From positions 36,766,001-36,830,000 of the forward strand of contig OZ024741.1 in NCBI GenBank assembly GCA_964016885.1: a stretch of DNA of 64,000 bases, given 5' to 3'. The notes under the pieces are model-generated. The model was not told where the DNA came from and ran no database searches. It worked only from the letters and a program-made list of their open reading frames with translations. Source of the stretch: Eledone cirrhosa. Lineage: Eukaryota. Both the position numbers and the translations under genes were made by a program. Below, piece after piece: positions 41,115 to 53,819 of the stretch; position 1 is the stretch's first letter, and every line of letters starts with the position of its first letter.

Positions 41115-42125
41115 TAAACGGAAAAAATGAAACAAAATTTCATTTCTCACTCTTAGTACGGCTGTTACTTAAATATAAGTATGTATACGTATATACATAT
41201 ATGTATACAGACGTACAGTAGTATGTATATATATATACATACATGCACACATATATATATGTACGTATGGATTCACCGAACACTTATTATAATGCTCGGT
41301 GTGTTTGTAAACAAACATCCCGAATTACACCGTACAGTGTCTAGCAACCATCGTTGCTCATTTGTTCAACACTGACAAAGGAACGCTGTACTAGTTTCAA
41401 GCTTATTAGCTATCATCAGCAACGTGTTACCTTCCTGCCAGATGATTGAATGTCTGAAAGTATATACTTTCCTTATGCGTATTAACGGCTGAGCAGCCTA
41501 ATTTGCATATCGAGTGAGTTAATCGGCCGGGCGCACCAAAAACGATAAACGGAAAAAATGAAACGAAATTTCATTTCTCACTCTTAGTACAGCTGTTACT
41601 TAAATATAAGTATGTCTACGTACATACATATATGTATACAGATGTACAGTAGTATGTATATATATATACATAGATGCACACATATATATATGTACATATG
41701 GATTCACCGAACATTTATTATAATGCTCGGTGTGTTTGAAAAAATGAAACGAAATTTCATTTCTCACTCTTACTAAGAGTGAGAAATGAAATTTCGTTTC
41801 ATTTTTTCCGTTTATCGTTTTCAGTGCGCCCGGCCGATTAACTCACTCGATATGCAAATTAGGCTGCTCAGCCGTTAATATGCATAAGGAAAGTATATAC
41901 TTTCAGACGTTCAATCATCTGACAGGAAGGTATACAGTGCTGACAATAGCTAATAAGCTTGAAACTAGTACAGCGTTCCTTTGTCAGTGTTGAACAAATG
42001 AGCAACGATGGTTGCTAGACACTGTACGGCTTAATTCGTGATGTTTGTTTACAAACACACCGAGCATTATAATAAATGTTCGGTGAATGCATACGTACAT
42101 ATATATATATGTGTGCATGTATGTA
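41115..42125. mobile_element. Penelope-type direct-plus-inverted terminal-repeat module
   Basis: 41115-41307 repeated at 41545-41737; palindrome centre ~41773; hammerhead in both arms. Confidence 0.75.
41383..41425 (-). ncRNA. Type I minimal hammerhead ribozyme, canonical core
   Basis: Minus strand ACGTTG-CTGATGA-T-AGCT-aata-AGCT-T-GAAA-CTAG-TA/CAGCGT: 6-bp stem I, palindromic ACTAGT stem III. Confidence 0.8.
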
Positions 42126-42342
42126 TATATATATATATATATATATATAACTTATATATATATATATATAAATGTTTCTATATATAAATAATGAATAAAA
42201 ACATCAAATATGTTTAGAATTTTGTGTTTCTCACTAAGCAAGTTCAATAGATTTTATCTAGAGCCATAATAACCAAATAAAGATATATATATATCTAACC
42301 CATGCTAGCGTGGAAGATGGACGTTAAACGTCCATGATGATG

Positions 42343-42413
<71 letters not shown>

Positions 42414-42451
42414 AGGAAGTTATAGTTCACTTGAAGCATTGTGTAATGAGG

Positions 42452-42778
42452 TATAAACGTTTGTATATGTATAATAAAGCCAAAACAATGCAGGTATGGA
42501 CATAGAATAAAGAATGCAAATGCAACAGATATTGTTGACAATTAGTCTTTTACCTTAGATTTATTTAAATGTCCTTAATATTCGAGATAATATCTCTTCT
42601 TCGGAGGGAAGTAAAGCGGTTAAACCAGTGTTCTAAATAGCTTGCCAATTCTTGAAAATTAAGGACATTTAAATAAATCTAAGGTAAAAGACTAATTGTC
42701 AACAATATCTTTTGCATTTGCATTCTTTATTCTATGTCCATACCTGCATTGTTTTGGCTTTATTATACATATACAAAC

Positions 42779-42785
<7 letters not shown>
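42452..42785. mobile_element. Foldback module with ~127-bp inverted arms
   Basis: 42452-42578 versus 42658-42785; degenerate hammerhead-like CCGAAGA-A-GAGAT-att-ATCTC-GAAT on the minus strand at 42578-42604. Confidence 0.65.
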
Positions 42786-42821
<36 letters not shown>

Positions 42822-43380
42822 GAGAGAAAGAGCCATATATTGCACAAGAAACACGCTATATTGTAAATATACCAAATACATATTCTATAGAAGAATATGT
42901 ACACAGGTTTCCACCTGAGAAACCTCATAGCACTATTTCATAGCCGGAGAGTGTAGCTCAAGATTAATCTATGTAATCGATCATTGAAAAAAAAGAAAAA
43001 AATCAATCAATGTATTCGATCATCGAAGACAAACTATCGATTATGATTAAACCACAGGAGACTCAGGTACTCATCAGAGGTTTAGTCTCACAATTTTAAG
43101 AGAAATATAGAATGAAGATGGTAAATAAATCAATATACCTGGGAATATGCACAGCTAAGTCCAACTTGTCCACCATGCTCAGAAGCACATGGTGAAATAT
43201 GCCAGACCAGAGATTTCACTTCTGATTCCACCTGTGCACATATTCTTCTATAGAATATGTAGTTGGTATATATACAATATATGGCTCTTTCTCTCTCTGT
43301 ATATACATATATCTCTTTATTTGGTTATATATATATATGGAAGATCGACGTGAAACGATGATGATGATGATATATATATA

Positions 43381-44095
43381 TTCTTTTCCTCTCTTTTACC
43401 TGTTCCAGCCATCCGGCTGAGGCCATGCTGGGGCACCACCTTTGTTGCTACACATTCTTGCTGCTGCCCTTAGGTTACCTTTGTACCATGCTGTGGGCTC
43501 ATCCGTGATCCTTTGGCACCACACAGAGACGTCCTGTTTGAGGGTTGGTCCAGCACACAATGCCAAAGTTTGGTGCTAGTCCCTCCAGGATTTTCCACAT
43601 GTATATCACTGCGTATCTCTCCCGTCTTCGTTCTAAGGAGTAGAATTTCAGTTCTTTTTACCTCTCCCAGTAGCTCATCTCCTTCATCATGGCAATCCTC
43701 TTGGTGTAACTTCGTAGGATTGCCTCAAGCTCCGTGGTTAGTTTGATACTATGGGGTGACCACAGCTGGGAGCAGTAGTCCTGGCGGCTTAGGACAAATG
43801 TCTTCCATAATGTCAACATGGTCTCTCGGTCTCATGTCCGGAAAGTCCTCAAGATGCAGCCAGCGAGTCGCCTGCACATTGTTGCCACTCTCATGATATG
43901 TGAAGAAAAGATGCATCGTCACTCATGTCTATCCCCAGGTCTCATATTGATTTCGTCACGGGGATTTCGATCCCTCCTAGTCCGGTGTAGCTGTGTTGTA
44001 CTGTCTTTGTGTTTGCAGGTTGGTATTGTAGGGCTTGAAATTTTCCAGTATTAAACTGCATGTTGTTGTTCTCAGTCCATTTGTATATGGCATCC
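43381..44095 (-). mobile_element. Degenerate CR1-like LINE 3' fragment
   Basis: LKFYSLERRRERYAVIYMWKILEGLAPN on the minus strand. Confidence 0.75.
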
Positions 44096-44149
44096 ATATT
44101 TATATATATAATATATATATATATAATATATATATATGATATATATATA

Positions 44150-44200
<51 letters not shown>

Positions 44201-44389
44201 AATATATATATATTATATATATATAATATATATATATTATATATATATAATATATATATATATCATATATATATATATATATTATATATATATAATATAT
44301 ATATATATCATATATATATATATATATATCATATATATATAATATATATATATAATATATATATATAATATATATATATTTAATATATA

Positions 44390-44422
<33 letters not shown>

Positions 44423-44455
44423 CTGTGTTATACTTGCAAGCTATGTTTTCTACAG

Positions 44456-44587
44456 ACTTCATAGATATCCCGTCAGAAGACCTTGTCCCTGGCGACCTGA
44501 TTGAAGTGCCTCGATCCGGCTGTTTAATGCAGTGTGATGCAGTATTAATCAGTGGTAACTGCATTGTTAATGAAAGTGTGCTAACAG
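44456..44587 (+). CDS. ATP13A3: P5B ATPase exon, A domain
   Basis: TACAG / GTATGC; (N)[43 protein letters not shown](G). Confidence 0.95.
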
Positions 44588-44774
44588 GTATGCGTCTCTA
44601 CTATTAATTAAAAAAAACGTTTCTTTTCTCTCTCTCTGTGTAGAATCTTGGAACAAACTGCTCATTTGTGTTGAAAAATCATTAACCCTTTCATTGCCAT
44701 ATTTCTTATGAACCACACCTCCTATAATATTCCTATAAGTTTTGAAAGTAATCAAGAATTTGGAGGGATTTAAT

Positions 44775-45212
44775 AATAATAATGAAAATTATTGTGTACA
44801 GTGCTCAAGTGCACTACAATTCTTCAAAGGTGCATGTATAGTACATATAATAATGTATGAATGTCAGGAAAGTGAACTGTGTATGAGTCATGGTATACTC
44901 ACAGATATGCGTGCGTGTGTATGGAGGGGGAATATCAGGTGTTGTGATGGCGAATTTCAGGAAGTTTTGAAGGAGGCAGTGTCCTGATAACTAACAACTG
45001 ATGCAGGTAGTTTGTTCCATGCTTCAGCAACTCTGAGCATGAAAAAATGTTTCCGAAAGTCATGGGAGCTGTACTGTTTTCTGACTTTGAAAGCATGTCT
45101 ACGGGTGTTAGACATATGGAATTCAATAATGTGCTTAGGGTTGTTGTTGGAAAGATGGTTAATAATTTTGTGTGTGTCTACCAAGTTAGTTGCCAGATGT
45201 CAGAGCTTTAAT
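44775..45212 (-). mobile_element. 3' fragment of the CR1-like family at 45740-48688, inserted in a piggyBac-type MITE (~44686-45380)
   Basis: Reverse-complement similarity to 48245-48688; MITE sequence resumes on both sides. Confidence 0.8.
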
Positions 45213-45739
45213 GTAATATAACTTTCTTATTATTAAGTTAGTGTTTGGAACATAACCCAACAAAGGTTCTTAAATGAAATTTTGATTGAAGGTATTTAGA
45301 TAGATATAAACATGTCAAAATGAACAGTTTTGTATCATGTGACCAAGGGTGGTTTCTGGCAGTTTGGTGTCAAAAGAGTCAATTACTATGCTAGTGACTA
45401 CACCAATTTAGAGTTAATGAAATCTTTAACTTTAAAAAAAATGGTAATTTTAAAATAGTTTCAGTTTGTGATCCATTTGAAAGAGCTTGTCAAATGACAA
45501 ATATACGTGGGTTAGGTATAAACAATTGCAACTCGTCATTGGTCATATTAAGCAAGGAGGTTTTTTTGGAGTATGTTACACCACTATCATTTCTTTACTG
45601 TGTGATTGAATCAAATTATAAAATTTTAGTCTGTGTGATGATGGGCAGATCTGGAGGTTTGTTAAGGCTGGTGAAACGTGGAAGAGAGATACCAGCTGGT
45701 CTGAGTGTGCTCTACCCACAATAACTGGCAATGAAAAAA

Positions 45740-48688
45740 CTGCAACAACTCTGGGAAACTAAACCAGAACAACCTGCCACCCTCTACACACCATCATAAA
45801 CTGCAAGCAGGGTACAAATTGTTGTCCTTAAATGCTCGCAGTTTATGCAACAAGATACATCTGTTTAACTCTTATGTCAGAAGCATCGACCCTGACTTCA
45901 TCACAGTCACGGAAACATGGGCACATTCCTTACTCTGTGATGGGGTTTTCAGCATTACTGGGTACAATCTTTTCCGCAAGGACTGTATTAATCGCCGTGG
46001 TGGTGATGTGATGGTCTACGTTCGTTCAAACTTTTCAGTAATTCCTTGCGTTGATTTGAATGAATCACAAGAAGAAGTTTTTTTTTGTGACATACATATG
46101 ACCATGTCAACACTTCTGCTTGGTGTTATTTATCGCCCCCCCCCCCCCCCCCCACACTACCATCAGGACACACAGCTTTGCGATATCCTCAGAGCTGCTG
46201 CCAGGAAAACAGCCACTTATGTGTTTATTGTAGGTGACTTCAATCATCCTGAGATCGATTGGGAAACCTTTTGTTGGCCACAAAGTGCAAACGATTTCCT
46301 TGAGCTAGTGCTGGACTCAAACTGGTCACAAGTAGTCACCTCTCCAACAAGAGGTGACAACACTTTGGACCTGATCTTCACCACTACTCCTGAAGTGGTT
46401 ATCAGTTGTACTACTGAGGAACCTATAGGCGACTCTGATCAACAAAAGCCAGAGCCATCTCCAATCTGCTTGCTTTGATTGGAAGAGGGCAGATTGGAAC
46501 TTGTACTGCACTGAACTATAGTGCCCAAACTGGCATGAGATGTATAACTCTGGAGATGTGAACACTATACTCCAGAGCATCCTGGACTCAATATGGATAG
46601 CGTGTGCAGCATCAGTGCCACGTATGCAGAGAAAAAAACCACCCCAAAAGTGCAATTTGGGAAACTTCAGTGGTCCGACTTGCCAGGAAAGAACGTCGGA
46701 ACGCTGAACGGGAATATAAACTGCATAAATCAGATGCCAACAGAAAAAAGCGGAATAAATCTTCTAACCATCTCAAGCAAGTGACAAAGAAGGCAGTGCT
46801 TGAATTTGAACAGTGCATAGCAACCAATCCTGACAGTAAGGTGTTCTGGAAATATGTTCATTCAAAGCAGAGACTTCACTCTCCAGTTGGTCCTCTTCGC
46901 AATCCCCACACAAGCCAGATGACTGACGACCCCAAAGAATGCACAGAACTCATTGCTGAGTGCTATGCAAGCATTTTTACTGTTGAAAACCAGAATGTAC
47001 CATCTCCACCATCTCTAACATCAAATTCTATAACAACTATGGAATTTACACCTGCAATGTTGCGACGTCACCTTAAGAATAAGCGCAACTATGCCTCCCC
47101 TGGTCTTGATGGTGTTACATACCTGCTTCTCAAACGTGGCGGGTATTTCCTTTTGCGTCGGCTTTCTTTCTTCTTTCAATACTGTCTCAACAATGGTGCT
47201 ACTCCGGAGCAGTGGAAAACTGCCAGTGTCATTCCCCTGTTCAAAAAGGGCAACCGCATGTCACCTGTCAACTACCGTCCAGTCAGTCTTACTAGCTGTA
47301 TGGCCAAACTGATGGAATCCTGTGTCAGAGAAACACTTTGGAACTTCTGGAGCTCTCACAGCCTCATCCAGCCCTCGCAGTTTGGATTTATCCCTAACTC
47401 CAGCTGCTGTGATCAGCTTATCGAGTTCCTTGAAGACATCACCCGGATCACTGACAGCGGCTCATGGGTGGATGTTGTTTACCTTGACTTTGCTAAGGCT
47501 TTTAATTCTGTGCCACACAAAAGACTTATGGCAAAACTCTCTGCAATGGGTGTGAGGGATGATCTTTTAGACTGGTTGAAATCCTTCATTCTCAGCCGAA
47601 AAGAGGTAGTCACGGTTCTAGGACAGCATTCTTCACCATATGAGATGTCATCTGGTGTACCACAGGATCTGTTCTTGGTCCCCTTTCGTTTGTGGCATAT
47701 ATTAATGACATAGATGCCAACTTACAGAATGTCATGGTACTGAAATCAAAAGGACTGATCCTGAAATCTACAACTCTTTCCTACAATCAGACCTGGACAC
47801 AATGCAGCAATGGATCACAGACTGGCAACTGAAGCTGGCTGCGGATAAGTGTACCACCATGCATTTTGGGAGGAAAAATCCAGCGTCCACATACTCCCTC
47901 CACAACACTGATATCAAGAAGTCCTCTTGTGAACGTGACCTGGGCATTACTGTCAGCAGCAATTTGCGTTGGACAAATCACGTCTCTAAGATTGTCAAGA
48001 AGGTCGAGGGTATCTTGGCATCACTCAGCAAGACCTTTGTTAGCCGTTCTCCAGCCATCTATTTAAAGCTGTATACAGCTATGGTACGACCACACTTGGA
48101 ATTCGCATCATCAGTCTGGAACCCCTATCTTGCTCAGAACATTGACCTCCTGGAAACTGTTCAGAGACGTGCAACCAAGCGCATACCCTCCATCAGAAAC
48201 CTACCATACTCTGAACGCCTTGCTTCCCTGGGCATGGATTCATTGAAGCTCCGACATCTGGCAATGGACTTGGTAAACACCCACAAAGTTATTAACCATC
48301 TCGCCAACAACAACCCTGAGCACCTTTTTGATCTCCATGTGTCTAACACACGTGGACATGCCTACAAAGTCAGAAAACAGCACAGCTCCTATGACTTTCG
48401 GAAACATTTTTTCACGCTCAGAGTTGCTGAAGCATGGAACAAACTGCCTGCGTCAGTTGTTAGCTGCCGAGACACTGCATCCTTTAAAACCCTCATGCTT
48501 CCCGAAATACGCCCAAACTACACCTGATGTACCCCTTCTATACACATGCACACGTGTATATCATGACTCATGCACTGTTCATTTTCCTGACGTTTGTACA
48601 TTACCCTATGTACTATACATACACTTTTTGATGAGTTGTAGTGCACCTGAGCACTGTACACAATATTTCATTATTATTATTATTATAA
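45740..48688 (+). mobile_element. CR1-clade LINE ORF2 (APE and RT), frameshifted, YADD region deleted
   Basis: LNARSL, VTETW, GDFNHP, NYRPVSLTS, YLDFAKAFNSVPH, SGVPQ, VRPHLEFASSVWNP, FFTLRV..WNKLP; (ATT)n tail. Confidence 0.93.
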
Positions 48689-48787
48689 TGTCATATTTAT
48701 AATTCCACATTACATTATGGAGATTTTAAAATCCATTCTGTATATTATAGTCAGTAAATTGGCATAGTGTTTAGAGTGTCAGTTTAA

Positions 48788-49002
48788 CCCTTTAGCATTT
48801 ACATTACTCTATATTTACTACTGTATTTTCACAGTAAAGGCTTTATTTCACATAATTATCTCACATAATATTGAATCTACGAGATTTTGATGATGTTATT
48901 ATTTATTTTGAAAACAATACCTACATCAGTATGAGTAGCCAGTTTGAAGAGAAAGAGGTGATAGAAGTCTGGCCAGATATGGCTGGTTTAAATGCTAAAG
49001 GG
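48788..49002. mobile_element. piggyBac-type MITE
   Basis: TTAA TSDs at 48784 and 49003; perfect TIR CCCTTTAGCATTTA. Confidence 0.9.
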
Positions 49003-49349
49003 TTAAATGTTGCTGTATTTGTTATAGTTCTCTGCACTCTGAATTCAAATACTATCATAATCAACTTTGCCTTTTATCCCTTTGGGGCTGGATAAATAAA
49101 ATACCAGTCCAAGGGCAATTGATTCATGGAATTGTTAAAAAAACAGATGAGATGTTTTGCTGCATCTCTTCCAACTCTGTGCCATCAAAGTTCAAATCTC
49201 ACCCCCATCAATGCGAAAACAGCGACACCTGACAGGATTGACAACTGGTAGATGTCAGCAATGGAAATATCATTTGAAACATAGTTTCCTTTTTCTTATT
49301 TAACAATCATCTAATTTTTTCCCTTTAATATGGTTTTGTTTCATCTTAG

Positions 49350-49523
49350 GTGAAAGTGTGCCTGTCTTGAAGACACCTCTTCCATATCCAATTCATCTCC
49401 CTGGTACCGAAGAAAAGTTTAAGATTGAAGAACATTCTCGACATGTGTTGTTCTGTGGAACGAAAGTAATCCAGACCAGGTACTATGACAAACAAAGAGT
49501 TCAAGCTGTTATTTTACGTACAG
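49350..49523 (+). CDS. ATP13A3: P5B ATPase exon (TGES completion)
   Basis: TTAG / GTAAGA; GESVPVLKTPLP...RHVLFCGTKVIQTRYY...AVILRT(G). Confidence 0.95.
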
Positions 49524-49777
49524 GTAAGAAAGAATCCGTTATATTGTTATGTTAGACGTTGTGTTTAATATGTTTCTTTTGAAGCCCTGGGTTTTTGGTT
49601 CAGTGCCACTATATATCACCTTGGGCATGTCTATAGAAATTGCAAGAGTATTAGTCTGTAAATAGGCAAGTGTGTATGTATGTAGATTTTTGTATGTTCT
49701 CCTATATGGGTGTGTGCATTTGCAACACATGTAAATATGTATATGAGAATGTAGATTTGTACATCTATGTAGGTGTG

Positions 49778-50212
49778 TCATCATCATCATCACCGTTTTA
49801 CGTCTGTTCTTCCATGCTAGCATGGGTTATACGGGTTGTCCTGTTGTGAGCAGTGTCGGTCGGCTGACCTTGTTTTGCTCATACGGGAACTGATTCTGGC
49901 TTGATTTCTACAGCTGGATGCCCTTCCTAACACCAACCTCATTTACAGTGAGTGCTGGGTGCTTTTTTTCCATGGCGCCTACACATCCATGTGGGCTGGG
50001 TGCTTTTTTGCCGTGGCACCTCCACAACCACTTTACAGTGGAATGATAGGGAGCCCAGTCCTATTATCTCATTTCTACAGCTGAGTAAATTGGAGCAATG
50101 TGGAAATAAAGTGTCTTGCTCAAGGAAACAACACATCACCCGGTCCGAGAATTGAACTCACAACCTTTCAATTGCAAGCCCAATGCTCTAACCACTAAGC
50201 CATGTGCCTTCA
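49778..50212 (-). mobile_element. tRNA-derived SINE with RTE-A tail
   Basis: Reverse-complement homolog of 16353-16703 with a longer RTE-A 3' UTR. Confidence 0.85.
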
Positions 50213-50609
50213 CGGTGTGTGTATATATTTTTACATCCAAAGGCTTGTGTATAACTACACATACCTCTATACCCCTAAATCAACTCCCCACCCCACACCT
50301 CCAAAAAATGGTTTATATACATATAACCCCATACACCCATACACCTCACCTCCAATCAAAATCTATTACTAATAACACACAGCACCCCCTCACCCCACAT
50401 TTCACTATGATTCCCCCACAGAAACAACAACAAATGCTAGCATGGAAAATGGACGTTAAACGGTGATGATGATGATGATGATGATGATGCATGTAAGTGA
50501 CATATATGTAAAGATAGAGAAAGTGAGAGAAAGAAAGAAGAAGAGGGATAAAGATATATCTATATATATATTTAAGTGATATAATAATTTTTACCATTTT
50601 TTTCTACAG

Positions 50610-50755
50610 GGTTCTCAACTACTAAAGGAGAATTAACTCGCTCCATTCTATTCCCAAAACCAATCGACATAAAACTAACCAAGGATACATACATATTTGT
50701 TTCAATCCTAAGTGTACTTGCTTTCATGGAATTTATCTACACTATTGTGATTATG
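50610..50755 (+). CDS. ATP13A3: P5B ATPase exon, TM3
   Basis: TACAG / GTGAGT; GFSTTKGELTRSILFPKPIDIKLTKDTYIFVSILSVLAFMEFIYTIVIM. Confidence 0.94.
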
Positions 50756-50854
50756 GTGAGTTCCTATTTTTGTTGTTTCTATTGGTGTTTTCAGTGCTGT
50801 TGTTGTTGTTGTGTGTTAACTCACAAAAGACACACACACACACACATATATATA

Positions 50855-52149
50855 TCATCATCATCATCATCATCATCACCGTTTTACGTCCGTTCTTCCA
50901 CGCTAGCATGGGTTAGACGGGTTGTCCTGTTGTGGGCAGTGTCTGGTCGGCTGACCATGCCTTGCTCATACAGGAACTGATCTGGCTTGATTTCTACAGC
51001 TGGATGCCCTTCCTAACACCAACCTCATTTACAGTGAGTGCTGGGTGCTTTTTCGTGGCGCCTACACGTCCACTTTACAGTGTGGGCTGGGTGCTTTTTT
51101 GCCGTGGCACCTCCACGACCACCTTGCGGTGGGGGGGGGGGGGCATATTGTTTATATGCTTCAGCATGTACCCATGGGAGGTCGGGTACCCTGTATTACT
51201 GCGTGACGCCAGAAGTCACGGTCGTGTGTCATTGACTTTGAGAGGTGTAGTTGGGTAAGGTCGGCTTTTATCACCTCATCCCAAGTCATCTTGGGTCTCC
51301 CCACTCCGCGGTTTCCATCAACTTCTAGTGCTCTGCACCTTTTTATGCAGCTGTCATCCTTCATACGCATCACATGTCCATACCAGCGTAACCGCCTCTC
51401 CTGCACGCAGCATTTGATTCCTCTTATGCTCAGTCTCTCTCTCAATTCATTTATGCTTTGTCGTTCACGTATATTACTGTTACACATCCATCGGAGCATG
51501 CAGGCTTCGTTTCTCTCTAATCTACGTAAGTCTTCCACCTTCAGCGCCCAGGTCTCACTACCATGCAACATCGCTGTTCGGATACACGCATCATACAGTC
51601 TGCCTTTCATTCTGAGGGAGAAGCCTTTTGCAGCTAGCAGTGGTAGTAGTTCCCTAAACTTCTTCCATCCCGTTCTTACCCTAGTTATTGTACTTTCTGA
51701 GCACCCACCTCCGTTGCTAATTCGGTCACCTAGGTAGCAGAAGCTGTCTACTGTTTCTACAGGGCCCTCCCAGAGATTGGTGGTACTTGTTTCCTGTGGC
51801 TGTTTGCTTGCTGTTTCAGCACAGCTGCTGCATGTGAATCCTACATTCTTAATTAAGCTTCCTGAGATCCCGCTACATCTCTTGTGTACCCATTGTTTGC
51901 ATTTGGGGCAAAGAATGGAGTTCCTACCTACACCTTTCCTACATACTGAGCAAGGCCATTTCCCTGAGGGGATCTGGGTTCTGTTTTCTCGTCTACTTAT
52001 AAGGACCTTAGTCTTTGTCATGTTGACTTTGAGGCCCTTTCTCTCTAGTCCCTGCTTCCAGGTTTGGAATTTATTCTCTAGTTCTACCATAGATTCAGCT
52101 ATGAGTGCGAGGTCATCAGCATACAGGAGTTCCCATGGGCATCCGGTCA
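50855..52149 (-). mobile_element. 5'-truncated RTE-A LINE with an uninterrupted frame
   Basis: ORF 52150-51161: YADD, PHD, C-terminus; TA runs at both ends. Confidence 0.95.
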
Positions 52150-52163
52150 TATATATATATGTA

Positions 52164-52328
52164 TTGGTGTTAGGAAGGGCATCCAGCTGTAGAATTCAAG
52201 TCAAATCAGTTCCTGTATGAGCAAGGCATGGTCAGCCGACCAGACACTGCCCACAACAGGACAACCCGTCTAACCCATGCTAGCGTGGAAGAACGGACGT
52301 AAAACGGTGATGATGATGATGATGATGA
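52164..52328 (+). mobile_element. RTE-A 3' tip, inverted relative to the neighbouring copy
   Basis: Reverse complement of ~50860-51022. Confidence 0.9.
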
Positions 52329-53019
52329 TATAAATCCCAGTAGAAGGAAGACGCAGAAGAAGTAGACCATATAAAACATGGGCGGAGGTGGTGAGAGAAG
52401 ACCTCAGATTGCTGAAACTCACCGAGGAGATGACGAAGGACCGTGACAAGTGGAGAGATGCTGTACTGAATAGGACCCGTGATGATGATGTTCAGGGTGC
52501 ATTTTCATGGCACCAACCCTAGTCGTGTCTCTCATACAACTGAAGGGTCCCCATAACCCTTTGTTTTGCAAGTTTTCTTCAGCTGAATGCTCTTTGTATC
52601 ACCAACTACTTTACTGGATATGTTTTATTGTGTTACTAACACTCAAAAGGTTGTCATGCCCTTGACACAACAGAAGAGTCCTCCTGGCCCTTTGTTTGGC
52701 ATGGTTTTTATGATTGGATGCCCTTCCCATCACCAAACCACCTTACAGAGTGTAATGAGTGCATTTTTCATGGCTCTGTCACTATAGAGGTTGCTGTGCT
52801 GTAGTTGGTTTTTATGGCTGTAAAAGCCCTTCCTAACACCAACCATTACAGTGTACTGGGTGCATATAATCATGGCAGCAGTACTAGAGCTGTTGTCATG
52901 TCCTTTATGTGATTGAAGAGTCCTCTCTCTATCTATGTTGTTACCTTTAAATGCTATTGTTCATATTTACTTTTTAAATAGTTTTGTATTATTTTGGCTT
53001 TTTTTAAATTTATTTAAAG

Positions 53020-53220
53020 GTTGGAAATGAAATAAGTGTTGGAATTATCATAATACGAGCCCTTGATTTGATAACAATTGCTATACCACCAGCTTTACCA
53101 GCAGCCCTTACTGTTGGCACTGTCTTTGCACAAGCAAGGCTGAAAAAAGATTCCGTATATTGTATTTCACCTTCCAATATCAATATTTGCGGAACCCTCG
53201 ATATAATATGTTTTGACAAG
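53020..53220 (+). CDS. ATP13A3: P5B ATPase exon, TM4 (PPALP) to the phosphorylated Asp
   Basis: AAAG / GTAAGA; [21 protein letters not shown]...CISP...CFDK; PPALP is diagnostic of P5B. Confidence 0.96.
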
Positions 53221-53632
53221 GTAAGAAATGTTTATGGACTAAACTTTTATATTTGATGTTTTGATAATTTTTCTACTCAGGTTAACATCCCAGGTTCACT
53301 CTCCAGATGTTATTATAAGGTTTGCAGTATTGAGGGTGATACGGTTATGAAGTTCACTTTGAGGTCATAATGTCCACTGCATGGTATCTTGGGCAAGTGT
53401 CATTTACCATAGCTTTGGGTCAATTCAAAGTTTGTGAGTGAATCTGGGTGATGGAAACTGTTTGGAAGCTCACCAGATAGATAGTGAAAAAGGAGTTGAC
53501 ACTCATTTGAGGTATTTAAAAAAATATTTTGAAATATCTCCCAAGAGTTACAGATGCAGTCCATTCAGTCTACAGAACTGCTTCCTTGTGAGAGTTCCAG
53601 TCGTTTGGTCAACAAAACAGTCTACTCATTAA

Positions 53633-53819
53633 CCTTTTTAAGCCGGCTGTATCCGGCCAGAATTTTCTCACCCCTTTCTGTTCAAACCGGCTGTAACTGA
53701 CCGCTCACACTGATGTTAAGGTATTGTTTTCAAAATAGATAATATCAAAATCTCATAGATTTGATTTTATGTGAGGTAAAGATTTTACTGTGAAAATACA
53801 AGAGTATAATGCTAAAGGG
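53633..53819. mobile_element. piggyBac-type MITE
   Basis: TTAA flanks, right TIR aatgctaaaggg, family body. Confidence 0.8.

Noticed and set aside
42865-43085. Minus-strand CTGATGA...TACCTGAG/CTCAGGTG...GAAACC...GGTA as a large hammerhead
   Set aside because: Stem I does not form and the 10.1-11.1 pair is missing; not supportable by eye
44569-44587. NESVLTGES instead of the usual NESMLTGES as a sign of pseudogenisation
   Set aside because: Conservative change; TGES, PPALP, DKTGT, KGSPE and all splice phases are intact
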